Source: the human T2T-CHM13v2.0 reference genome, Homo sapiens
Assembly: GCF_009914755.1 (NCBI RefSeq)
Contig: NC_060939.1
Reading direction: 5' to 3' (one strand)
Length of the DNA stretch: 64,000 bases
Positions 37,560 to 51,000 of the stretch are shown here, piece by piece. A model generated the notes under the pieces. It ran no database searches. It was not told the DNA's origin and saw nothing but the letters and a program-made list of their open reading frames with translations. Both the position numbers and the translations under genes were made by a program. Positions within the stretch are counted from its first letter, which is position 1; each line of letters opens with the position of its first letter.

Positions 37560-40500
37560 TATTCACTTCAAGATTCTACTGAAAGATTGTCTCAAAACTC
37601 CTAAATCAAAACAAAGTTTCAACTCTGTGTCATGAATGCATTCATCTCAAAGAAGTTTCTCTGAATGCTTCTGTGCAGTTTTTATTTGAAGATAATTGCT
37701 TTTCCAGTATAGGGTGAAATAGGGCTCCAAATATTCACTTGCAGATTCTACAGAAAGAGAGATTCCAAACTGCTCAATCAAAACATAGGTTCAACACTGT
37801 GAGTTGAATGCATACATCGCAAAGAAGTTTCACAGAGTACTTCTGGGTGGTTTTTATTTGAAGATATTTCCCTTTCCACAATAGGCCTCAAAGCTTTCCA
37901 AATGTCCACTTGCAGATTCCACCAAAAGAGTGTTTTGAAACTGCTCAATCAAAAGAAAGGTTCTACTCTGTGGGATGAATGCACACATCACAAAGTAGTC
38001 TCTCAGAATGCTTCTGTGTAGTTTTTATGTGAAGATATTTGTTTTTCCACAGTAGGCCCCAAAGAGCTCCAAATATTCACTTGCAGATTCTACAGAAGGA
38101 GAGATTCCAAACTGCTCAATCAAAACATAGGTTCAACACTGTGAGTTGAATGCATACATCGCAAAGAAGTTTCACAGAGTACTTCTGGGTGGTTTTTATT
38201 TGAAGATATTTCCCTTTCCACAATAGGCCTCAAAGCTTTCCAAATGTCCACTTGCAGATTCCACCAAAAGAGTGTTTCGAAACTGCTCAATCAAAAGAAA
38301 GGTTCTACTCTGTGGGATGAATGCACACATCACAAAGTAGTTTCTCAGAATGCTTCTGTGTAGTTTTTATGTGAAGATATTTGTTTTTCCACAGTAGGCC
38401 CCAAGGAGCTCCAAATATTCACTTGCAGATTCTACAAAAAGAGTGTTCCAAAACTGCTCAATCATGAAATAGGATCAACCCTGTGAGATGAATGTACGTA
38501 TGACAGAGAAGTTTCTCAGAATGCTTCTGTGTAGTTTTTATGCGAAGATATACGACTTTCCACAGTACGCCTCAAAGTTCTCCAATTATCCACTCGTAGA
38601 TTCTGCAAAAAGAGAGATTCAAAACTGCTCAATCAAAAGATAGTTTCTACTCCATTAGCTGAAAGACCACATCACAAAAAAAGTTTCTCAGGATGCTTCT
38701 GTGTAGTTTTTATGTGAAGATATTTGGTTTTCCACAGTAGGCCTCAAAGCGCTCCAAATATCCACTCACAGATTCTGCAAAAAGAGAGATTCAAAACTGC
38801 TGAATCAAAAGACAGTTTCAACTCTGTGACTTCAGTGCACACCTCACAAGGATGTTTCTCAGAATGCTTCTGTGTAGTTTTTATATAAAGATATCTCCTT
38901 CTCCAAAATGGATCTCAAAGTTCTCCAAATATTCACTTCCAGATTCTATGGAAAGATTGTCTCAAAACTGCTCAATCAAACCAAAGGTTCAACTCTGTGA
39001 GATGAATGCCCACATCACAAAGAAGTTTCTCAGAGTACTTCTGTGTAGTTTCTATTTGAGGATAGTTCCTTTTCCACCACAGACCAGAAAGGGCTCCAAA
39101 TATCCATTGCAGATGGTACAAAAAGTGAGATTCAAAACTGCTCAATCCAAAGGTAGTTTCAACCATGTGATATGAATGCACACAGCACAGAGAATTTTCT
39201 CAAAATGCGTCTGTCTAGTTTTTATTTGAAGATATTTCCTTTTCTACCATAGGCCACAAACGTCTCCAAATATCCACATGCAGCTTCTACAAAAAGAGAG
39301 ATTCAAAACTTCTCAATCAAAAGATAGGTTCAACACTGTGAGTTGAAAGCACACCTCACAAAGAAGTTTCTCAGAGTGCTTCTGTGTGTTTTTATGTGAA
39401 GATATTTCCTTTTCCACAATAGGCCTCAAAGCTCTCCAAATATCTGCGAGCAGAGTCTACAAAATGAGAGATTCAAAACTGCTCAATGAAAAGATAGGTT
39501 CAACTCTGTGAGTTGAATGCACACCTCCAAAGAAGTTTCTCAGAATGCTTCCGTGTAGTTTTTATGTGAAGATATTTACTTTTCCACAGTTGTCCCAAAG
39601 CTCTAAAATATCCACTTGCAGACCCTCCAAAAGAGTGTTTCAGAATTGCTCAATCAAAGGGAAGGTTCAATTCTGTGTGACCAATTCACTCATCGCAAAG
39701 AAGTTTGTCTCAATGCTTCTGTGTAGAATTGATTTGAAGATAATTCCTTTTCCACCACAGTCCGCAAAGGGCTAAAAATATCCACTTGCCGATTCCACAA
39801 AAAGAGAGATTCAAAACTGCTCAATCACAAGATAGGTTCAACTTGGTAATTGGAAAGCACACATGACAAACAATTTCTGAGAATATTTCTGTGTAGTTTT
39901 TAAGGGAAGATATTTGATTTTCAAATGTAGGCCTCAAATCGCTCCAAATATCCACTTGCATATTGTACAAAAAGAGAGATTCAAAACTGGTCACTCAAAA
40001 GTTAGGTCCAGCTCTGTGAGCTGAATGCACACATCACAAAGATGTTTCCCAGAAGGTTTCTGTATAGTTTCTATATGAAGATATTTGCTTTTCCACAATA
40101 TGCCTCAAATCTCCCCAATTATCCACTTGCAGATTCTAGAAAAAGAGTGTTTCAAAACAGCTCAATCACAATAAACTTTCAACTCTGTGAGATCAATGCA
40201 CACATCACAAAGAAGTTTCTCAGAATGCTTCTGTGTAGTTTTTTTTGTGAAGATATTTGATTTTCCACAGCAGGCTTCCAAGCACTCCAAATATCCACTC
40301 GCAGATTCTGCAAAAAGAGAGATTCAAATCTGCTGAATCAAAAGATAGGTTTAACTCTGTGACTTCAATGCACACCTCACAAGGGTGTTTCTCAGAAAGC
40401 TTCTGTGTAGTTTTTATATGAAGATATCTCCTTCTCCAAAGCAGGTCTCAAAGCCCTCCAAATATTCACTTCAAGATACTACGGAAAGATTGTCTCAACA

Positions 40501-41316
40501 CTGCTAAATCTAAACAAATGTTCAACTCTGTGTGATGAATGCACTCATCACAGAGAAGTTTCTCTGAATGCTTCTGTGTAGTTTTTATTTGAAGATATTT
40601 GCTTTTCCAGTATAGGGCGAAATAGGGCTCCAAATATTCACTTGCAGATTCTACAAAAGGAGAGATTCCAAACTGCTCAATCAAAACACAGGTTCAACAC
40701 TGTGAGTTGAATGCACACATCACAAAGAAGTTTCACAGAGTGCTTCTGGGTAGTTTTTATTTGAGGATATTTCCCTTTCCACAATAGGCCTCAAAGCTTT
40801 CCAAATATCCACTTGCAGATTCTGCAAAAAGAGAGATACAAAACTGCTCTATCAAAAGATAGATTCGACTCTGTGAGTTGAATGCCAACATCGCAAAGAA
40901 GTTTCTCAGAATGCTTCTCTGCAGCTTTTTTGTGAGTATGTTTCGTTTTCCACCATAGGGCGAAATGGGGCTCCAAATATCCACTTGCATTTCCTACAAA
41001 AAGAGAGATTCTAAGCTGCTCAATCAAAACATTGTTTCAAAACGGTTAGTTGAATGCACACATCCCAAAGATGTTTTTCAGAGTGCTTCTGTGTGGTTTT
41101 TATGTGAAGATACTTCCTTTTCCACAATAGGCCTCAAATCTCTGTAAATATCCACTTGCAGACTCTACAAAGAGTGTTTCCAAACTGCTCAATCATAAGA
41201 TAGGTTCAACTCCGATAGTTGAATGCACACATCACCAAGAAGTTTCTCAGAAAGCTTCTGTGTAGTTTTTGATGAAGATATCTCCTTCTCTAAAGCAGAA
41301 CTCCAAGCCCTCCAAA
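37560..41316 (-). repeat. 22-mer HOR structural variant (3,757 bp) with an internal 342-bp tandem duplication (37724-38065 / 38066-38407)
   Basis: The period jumps from 3415 to 3757. After '...ggccccaaagagctccaaatattcacttgcagattctaca' the sequence returns to 'gaaggagagattccaaactgctcaatcaaaacatagg', which belongs to the monomer 342 bp upstream. Confidence 0.96.
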
Positions 41317-44300
41317 TATTCACTTCAAGATTCTACGGAAAGATTGTCTCAAAACTCCTAAATCAAAACAAAGTTTCAACTCTGTGTCATGAATGCATTC
41401 ATCTCAAAGAAGTTTCTCTGAATGCTTCTGTGCAGTTTTTATTTGAAGATAATTGCTTTTCCAGTATAGGGCGAAATAGGGCTCCAAATATTCACTTGCA
41501 GATTCTACAGAAAGAGAGATTCCAAACTGCTCAATCAAAACATAGGTTCAACACTGTGAGTTGAATGCATACATCGCAAAGAAGTTTCACAGAGTACTTC
41601 TGGGTGGTTTTTATTTGAAGATATTTCCCTTTCCACAATAGGCCTCAAAGCTTTCCAAATGTCCACTTGCAGATTCCACCAAAAGAGTGTTTCGAAACTG
41701 CTCAATCAAAAGAAAGGTTCTACTCTGTGGGATGAATGCACACATCACAAAGTAGTTTCTCAGAATGCTTCTGTGTAGTTTTTATGTGAAGATATTTGTT
41801 TTTCCACAGTAGGCCCCAAAGAGCTCCAAATATTCACTTGCAGATTCTACAGAAAGAGAGATTCCAAACTGCTCAATCAAAACATAGGTTCAACACTGTG
41901 AGTTGAATGCATACATCGCAAAGAAGTTTCACAGAGTACTTCTGGGTGGTTTTTATTTGAAGATATTTCCCTTTCCACAATAGGCCTCAAAGCTTTCCAA
42001 ATGTCCACTTGCAGATTCCACCAAAAGAGTGTTTCGAAACTGCTCAATCAAAAGAAAGGTTCTACTCTGTGGGATGAATGCACACATCACAAAGTAGTTT
42101 CTCAGAATGCTTCTGTGTAGTTTTTATGTGAAGATATTTGTTTTTCCACAGTAGGCCCCAAGGAGCTCCAAATATTCACTTGCAAATTCTACAAAAAGAG
42201 TGTTCCAAAACTGCTCAATCATGAAATAGGATCAACCCTGTGAGATGAATGTACGTATGACAGAGAAGTTTCTCAGAATGCTTCTGTGTAGTTTTTATGA
42301 GAAGATATTCGATTTTCCACAGTACGCCTCAAAGTTCTCCAATTATCCACTCGTAGATTCTGCAAAAAGAGAGATTCAAAACTGCTCAATCAAAAGATAG
42401 TTTCTACTCCATTAGCTGAAAGACCACATCACAAAAAAAGTTTCTCAGGATGCTTCTGTGTAGTTTTTATGTGAAGATATTTGGTTTTCCACAGTAGGCC
42501 TCAAAGCGCTCCAAATATCCACTCACAGATTCTGCAGAAAGAGAGATTCAAAACTGCTGAATCAAAAGACAGTTTCAACTCTGTGACTTCAGTGCACACC
42601 TCACAAGGATGTTTCTCAGAATGCTTCTGTGTAGTTTTCATATAAAGATATCTCCTTCTCCAAAATGGATCTCAAAGTTCTCCAAATATTCACTTCCAGA
42701 TTCTATGGAAAGATTGTCTCAAAACTGCTCAATCAAACCAAAGGTTCAACTCTGTGAGATGAATGCCCACATCACAAAGAAGTTTCTCAGAGTACTTCTG
42801 TGTAGTTTCTATTTGAGGATAGTTCCTTTTCCACCACAGACCAGAAAGGGCTCCAAATATCCATTGCAGATGGTACAAAAAGTGAGATTCAAAACTGCTC
42901 AATCCAAAGGTAGTTTCAACCATGTGATATGAATGCACACAGCACAGAGAATTTTCTCAAAATGCGTCTGTCTAGTTTTTATTTGAAGATATTTCCTTTT
43001 CTACCATAGGCCACAAACGTCTCCAAATATCCACATGCAGCTTCTACAAAAAGAGAGATTCAAAACTTCTCAATCAAAAGATAGGTTCAACTCTGTGAGT
43101 TGAAAGCACACCTCACAAAGAAGTTTCTCAGAGTGCTTCTGTGTGTTTTTATGTGAAGATATTTCCTTTTCCACAATAGGCCTCAAAGCTCTCCAAATAT
43201 CTGCGAGCAGAGTCTACAAAATGAGAGATTCAAAACTGCTCAATGAAAAGATAGGTTCAACTCTGTGAGTTGAATGCACACCTCCAAAGAAGTTTCTCAG
43301 AATGCTTCCGTGTAGTTTTTATGTGAAGATATTTACTTTTCCACAGTTGTCCCAAAGCTCTAAAATATCCACTTGCAGACCCTCCAAAAGAGTGTTTCAG
43401 AATTGCTCAATCAAAGGGAAGGTTCAATTCTGTGTGACCAATGCACTCATCACAAAGAAGTTTGTCTGAATGCTTCTGTGTAGAATTGATTTGAAGATAA
43501 TTCCTTTTCCACCACAGTCCGCAAAGGGCTAAAAATATCCACTTGCCGATTCCACAAAAAGAGAGATTCAAAACTGCTCAATCACAAGATAGGTTCAACT
43601 TGGTAATTGGAAAACACACATGACAAACAATTTCTGAGAATGTTTCTGTGTAGTTTTTAAGGGAAGATATTTGATTTTCAAATGTAGGCCTCAAATCGCT
43701 CCAAATATCCACTTGCATATTGTACAAAAAGAGAGATTCAAAACTGGTCACTCAAAAGTTAGGTCCAGCTCTGTGAGCTGAATGCACACATCACAAAGAT
43801 GTTTCTCAGAAGGTTTCTGTATAGTTTCTATATGAAGATATTTGCTTTTCCACAATATGCCTCAAATCTCCCCAATTAACCACTTGCAGATTCTAGAAAA
43901 AGAGTGTTTCAAAACAGCTCAATCAAAATAAACTTTCAACTCTGTGAGATCAATGCACACATCACAAAGAAGTTTCTCAGAATGCTTCTGTGTAGTTTTT
44001 TTTGTGAAGATATTTGATTTTCCACAGCAGGCTTCCAAGCACTCCAAATATCCACTCGCAGATTCTGCAAAAAGAGAGATTCAAATCTGCTGAATCAAAA
44101 GATAGGTTTAACTCTGTGACTTCAATGCACACCTCACAAGGGTGTTTCTCAGAAAGCTTCTGTGTAGTTTTTATATGAAGATATCTCCTTCTCCAAAGCA
44201 GGTCTCAAAGCCCTCCAAATATTCACTTCAAGATTCTACGGAAAGATTGTCTCAACACTGCTAAATCTAAACAAATGTTCAACTCTGTGTGATGAATGCA

Positions 44301-45073
44301 CTCATCACAGAGAAGTTTCTCTGAATGCCTCTGTGTAGTTTTTATTTGAAGATATTTGCTTTTCCAGTATAGGGCGAAATAGGGCTCCAAATATTCACTT
44401 GCAGATTCTACAAAAGGAGAGATTCCAAACTGCTCAATCAAAACATAGGTTCAACACTGTGAGTTGAATGCACACATCACAAAGAAGTTTCACAGAGTGC
44501 TTCTGGGTAGTTTTTATTTGAGGATATTTCCCTTTCCACAATAGGCCTCAAAGCTTTCCAAATATCCACTTGCAGATTCTGCAAAAAGAGAGATACAAAA
44601 CTGCTCTATCAAAAGATAGATTCGACTCTGTGAGTTGAATGCCAACATCGCAAAGAAGTTTCTCAGAATGCTTCTCTGCAGCTTTTTTGTGAGTATGTTT
44701 CGTTTTCCACCATAGGGCGAAATGGGGCTCCAAATATCCACTTGCATTTCCTACAAAAAGAGAGATTCTAAGCTGCTCAATCAAAACATTGTTTCAACAC
44801 GGTTAGTTGAATGTACACATCCCAAAGATGTTTTTCAGAGTGCTTCTGTGTGGTTTTTATGTGAAGATACTTCCTTTTCCACAATAGGCCTCAAATCTCT
44901 GTAAATATCCACTTGCAGACTCTACAAAGAGTGTTTCCAAACTGCTCAATCATAAGATAGGTTCAACTCCGATAGTTGAATGCACACATCACAAAGAAGT
45001 TTCTCAGAAAGCTTCTGTGTAGTTTTTGATGAAGATATCTTCTTCTCTAAAACAGAACTCCAAGCCCTCCAAA
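41317..45073 (-). repeat. Second 22-mer HOR structural variant (3,757 bp) with the same duplication (41481-41822 / 41823-42164)
   Basis: Same junction and same 342-bp repeat as the preceding copy. ORF spacing 38852 to 42609 is 3757. Confidence 0.96.
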
Positions 45074-48000
45074 TATTCACTTCAAGATTCTACGGAAAGA
45101 TTGTCTCAAAACTCCTAAATCAAAACAAAGTTTCAACTCTCTGTCATGAACGCATTCATCTCAAAGAAGTTTCTCTGAGTGCTTCTGTGCAGTTTTTATT
45201 TGAAGATAATTGCTTTTCCAGTATAGGGCGAAATAGGGCTCCAAATATTCACTTGCAGATTCTACAGAAAGAGAGATTCCAAACTGCTCAATCAAAACAT
45301 AGGTTCAACACTGTGAGTTGAATGCATACATCGCAAAGAAGTTTCACAGAGTACTTCTGGGTGGTTTTTATTTGAAGATATTTCCCTTTCCACAATAGGC
45401 CTCAAAGCTTTCCAAATGTCCACTTGCAGATTCCACCAAAAGAGTGTTTCGAAACTGCTCAATCAAAAGAAAGGTTCTACTCTGTGGGATGAATGCACAC
45501 ATCACAAAGTAGTTTCTCAGAATGCTTCTGTGTAGTTTTTATGTGAAGATATTTGTTTTTCCACAGTAGGCCCCAAGGAGCTCCAAATATTCACTTGCAG
45601 ATTCTACAAAAAGAGTGTTCCAAAACTGCTCAATCATGAAATAGGATCAACCATGTGAGATGAATGTACGTATGACAGAGAAGTTTCTCAGAATGCTTCT
45701 GTGTAGTTTTTATGCGAAGATATTCGATTTTCCACAGTACGCCTCAAAGTTCTCCAATTATCCACTCGTAGATTCTGCAAAAAGAGAGATTCAAAACTGC
45801 TCAATCAAAAGATAGTTTCTACTCCATTAGCTGAAAGACCACATCACAAAAAAAGTTTCTCAGGATGCTTCTGTGTAGTTTTTATGTGAAGATATTTGGT
45901 TTTCCACAGTAGGCCTCAAAGCGCTCCAAATATCCACTCACAGATTCTGCAGAAAGAGAGATTCAAAACTGCTGAATCAAAAGACAGTTTCAACTCTGTG
46001 ACTTCAGTGCACACCTCACAAGGATGTTTCTCAGAATGCTTCTGTGTAGTTTTCATATAAAGATATCTCCTTCTCCAAAATGGATCTCAAAGTTCTCCAA
46101 ATATTCACTTCCAGATTCTATGGAAAGATTGTCTCAAAACTGCTCAATCAAACCAAAGGTTCAACTCTGTGAGATGAATGCCCACATCACAAAGAAGTTT
46201 CTCAGAGTACTTCTGTGTAGTTTCTATTTGAGGATAGTTCCTTTTCCACCACAGACCAGAAAGGGCTCCAAATATCCATTGCAGATGGTACAAAAAGTGA
46301 GATTCAAAACTGCTCAATCCAAAGGTAGTTTCAACCATGTGATATGAATGCACACAGCACAGAGAATTTTCTCAAAATGCGTCTGTCTAGTTTTTATTTG
46401 AAGATATTTCCTTTTCTACCATAGGCCACAAACGTCTCCAAATATCCACATGCAGCTTCTACAAAAAGAGAGATTCAAAACTTCTCAATCAAAAGATAGG
46501 TTCAACTCTGTGAGTTGAAAGCACACCTCACAAAGAAGTTTCTCAGAGTGCTTCTGTGTGTTTTTATGTGAAGATATTTCCTTTTCCACAATAGGCCTCA
46601 AAGCTCTCCAAATATCTGCGAGCAGAGTCTACAAAATGAGAGATTCAAAACTGCTCAATGAAAAGATAGGTTCAACTCTGTGAGTTGAATGCACACCTCC
46701 AAAGAAGTTTCTCAGAATGCTTCCGTGTAGTTTTTATGTGAAGATATTTACTTTTCCACAGTTGTCCCAAAGCTCTAAAATATCCACTTGCAGACCCTCC
46801 AAAAGAGTGTTTCAGAATTGCTCAATCAAAGGGAAGGTTCAATTCTGTGTGACCAATGCACTCATCACAAAGAAGTTTGTCTGAATGCTTCTGTGTAGAA
46901 TTGATTTGAAGATAATTCCTTTTCCACCACAGTCCGCAAAGGGCTAAAAATATCCACTTGCCGATTCCACAAAAAGAGAGATTCAAAACTGCTCAATCAC
47001 AAGATAGGTTCAACTTGGTAATTGGAAAACACACATGACAAACAATTTCTGAGAATGTTTCTGTGTAGTTTTTAAGGGAAGATATTTGATTTTCAAATGT
47101 AGGCCTCAAATCGCTCCAAATATCCACTTGCATATTGTACAAAAAGAGAGATTCAAAACTGGTCACTCAAAAGTTAGGTCCAGCTCTGTGAGCTGAATGC
47201 ACACATCACAAAGATGTTTCTCAGAAGGTTTCTGTATAGTTTCTATATGAAGATATTTGCTTTTCCACAATATGCCTCAAATCTCCCCAATTAACCACTT
47301 GCAGATTCTAGAAAAAGAGTGTTTCAAAACAGCTCAATCAAAATAAACTTTCAACTCTGTGAGATCAATGCACACATCACAAAGAAGTTTCTCAGAATGC
47401 TTCTGTGTAGTTTTTTTTGTGAAGATATTTGATTTTCCACAGCAGGCTTCCAAGCACTCCAAATATCCACTCGCAGATTCTGCAAAAAGAGAGATTCAAA
47501 TCTGCTGAATCAAAAGATAGGTTTAACTCTGTGACTTCAATGCACACCTCACAAGGGTGTTTCTCAGAAAGCTTCTGTGTAGTTTTTATATGAAGATATC
47601 TCCTTCTCCAAAGCAGGTCTCAAAGCCCTCCAAATATTCACTTCAAGATTCTACGGAAAGATTGTCTCAACACTGCTAAATCTAAACAAATGTTCAACTC
47701 TGTGTGATGAATGCACTCATCACAGAGAAGTTTCTCTGAATGCCTCTGTGTAGTTTTTATTTGAAGATATTTGCTTTTCCAGTATAGGGCGAAATAGGGC
47801 TCCAAATATTCACTTGCAGATTCTACAAAAGGAGAGATTCCAAACTGCTCAATCAAAACATAGGTTCAACACTGTGAGTTGAATGCACACATCACAAAGA
47901 AGTTTCACAGAGTGCTTCTGGGTAGTTTTTATTTGAGGATATTTCCCTTTCCACAATAGGCCTCAAAGCTTTCCAAATATCCACTTGCAGATTCTGCAAA

Positions 48001-51000
48001 AAGAGAGATACAAAACTGCTCTATCAAAAGATAGATTCGACTCTGTGAGTTGAATGCCAACATCGCAAAGAAGTTTCTCAGAATGCTTCTCTGCAGCTTT
48101 TTTGTGAGTATGTTTCGTTTTCCACCATAGGGCGAAATGGGGCTCCAAATATCCACTTGCATTTCCTACAAAAAGAGAGATTCTAAGCTGCTCAATCAAA
48201 ACATTGTTTCAACACGGTTAGTTGAATGCACACATCCCAAAGATGTTTTTCAGAGTGCTTCTGTGTGGTTTTTATGTGAAGATACTTCCTTTTCCACAAT
48301 AGGCCTCAAATCTCTGTAAATATCCACTTGCAGACTCTACAAAGAGTGTTTCCAAACTGCTCAATCATAAGATAGGTTCAACTCCGATAGTTGAATGCAC
48401 ACATCACAAAGAAGTTTCTCAGAAAGCTTCTGTGTAGTTTTTGATGAAGATATCTTCTTCTCTAAAACAGAACTCCAAGCCCTCCAAATATTCACTTCAA
48501 GATTCTACGGAAAGATTGTCTCAAAACTCCTAAATCAAAACAAAGTTTCAACTCTCTGTCATGAACGCATTCATCTCAAAGAAGTTTCTCTGAGTGCTTC
48601 TGTGCAGTTTTTATTTGAAGATAATTGCTTTTCCAGTATAGGGCGAAATAGGGCTCCAAATATTCACTTGCAGATTCTACAGAAAGAGAGATTCCAAACT
48701 GCTCAATCAAAACATAGGTTCAACACTGTGAGTTGAATGCATACATCGCAAAGAAGTTTCACAGAGTACTTCTGGGTGGTTTTTATTTGAAGATATTTCC
48801 CTTTCCACAATAGGCCTCAAAGCTTTCCAAATGTCCACTTGCAGATTCCACCAAAAGAGTGTTTCGAAACTGCTCAATCAAAAGAAAGGTTCTACTCTGT
48901 GGGATGAATGCACACATCACAAAGTAGTTTCTCAGAATGCTTCTGTGTAGTTTTTATGTGAAGATATTTGTTTTTCCACAGTAGGCCCCAAGGAGCTCCA
49001 AATATTCACTTGCAGATTCTACAAAAAGAGTGTTCCAAAACTGCTCAATCATGAAATAGGATCAACCATGTGAGATGAATGTACGTATGACAGAGAAGTT
49101 TCTCAGAATGCTTCTGTGTAGTTTTTATGCGAAGATATTCGATTTTCCACAGTACGCCTCAAAGTTCTCCAATTATCCACTCGTAGATTCTGCAAAAAGA
49201 GAGATTCAAAACTGCTCAATCAAAAGATAGTTTCTACTCCATTAGCTGAAAGACCACATCACAAAAAAAGTTTCTCAGGATGCTTCTGTGTAGTTTTTAT
49301 GTGAAGATATTTGGTTTTCCACAGTAGGCCTCACAGCGCTCCAAATATCCACTCACAGATTCTGCAAAAAGAGAGATTCAAAACTGCTGAATCAAAAGAC
49401 AGTTTCAACTCTGTGACTTCAGTGCACACCTCACAAGGATGTTTCTCAGCATGCTTCTGTGTAGTTTTTATATAAAGATATCTCCTTCTCCAAAATGGAT
49501 CTCAAAGTTCTCCAAATATTCACTTCCAGATTCTATGGAAAGATTGTCTCAAAACTGCTCAATCAAACCAAAGGTTCAACTCTGTGAGATGAATGCCCAC
49601 ATCACAAAGAAGTTTCTCAGAGTACTTCTGTGTAGTTTCTATTTGAGGATAGTTCCTTTTCCACCACAGACCAGAAAGGGCTCCAAATATCCATTGCAGA
49701 TGGTACAAAAAGTGAGATTCAAAACTGCTCAATCCAAAGGTAGTTTCAACCATGTGATATGAATGCACACAGCACAGAGAATTTTCTCAAAATGCGTCTG
49801 TCTAGTTTTTATTTGAAGATATTTCCTTTTCTACCATAGGCCACAAACGTCTCCAAATATCCACATGCAGCTTCTACAAAAAGAGAGATTCAAAACTTCT
49901 CAATCAAAAGATAGGTTCAACTCTGTGAGTTGAAAGCACACCTCACAAAGAAGTTTCTCAGAGTGCTTCTGTGTGTTTTTATGTGAAGATATTTCCTTTT
50001 CCACAATAGGCCTCAAAGCTCTCCAAATATCTGCGAGCAGAGTCTACAAAATGAGAGATTCAAAACTGCTCAATGAAAAGATAGGTTCAACTCTGTGAGT
50101 TGAATGCACACCTCCAAAGAAGTTTCTCAGAATGCTTCCGTGTAGTTTTTATGTGAAGATATTTACTTTTCCACAGTTGTCCCAAAGCTCTAAAATATCC
50201 ACTTGCAGACCCTCCAAAAGAGTGTTTCAGAATTGCTCAATCAAAGGGAAGGTTCAATTCTGTGTGACCAATGCACTCATCACAAAGAAGTTTGTCTGAA
50301 TGCTTCTGTGTAGAATTGATTTGAAGATAATTCCTTTTCCACCACAGTCCGCAAAGGGCTAAAAATATCCACTTGCCGATTCCACAAAAAGAGAGATTCA
50401 AAACTGCTCAATCACAAGATAGGTTCAACTTGGTAATTGGAAAGCACACATGACAAACAATTTCTGAGAATGTTTCTGTGTAGTTTTTAAGGGAAGATAT
50501 TTGATTTTCAAATGTAGGCCTCAAATCGCTCCAAATATCCACTTGCATATTGTACAAAAAGAGAGATTCAAAACTGGTCACTCAAAAGTTAGGTCCAGCT
50601 CTGTGAGCTGAATGCACACATCACAAAGATGTTTCTCAGAAGGTTTCTGTATAGTTTCTATATGAAGATATTTGCTTTTCCACAATATGCCTCAAATCTC
50701 CCCAATTATCCACTTGCAGATTCTAGAAAAAGAGTGTTTCAAAACAGCTCAATCAAAATAAACTTTCAACTCTGTGAGATCAATGCACACATCACAAAGA
50801 AGTTTCTCAGAATGCTTCTGTGTAGTTTTTTTTGTGAAGATATTTGATTTTCCACAGCAGGCTTCCAAGCACTCCAAATATCCACTCGCAGATTCTGCAA
50901 AAAGAGAGATTCAAATCTGCTGAATCAAAAGATAGGTTTAACTCTGTGACTTCAATGCACACCTCACAAGGGTGTTTCTCAGAAAGCTTCTGTGTAGTTT

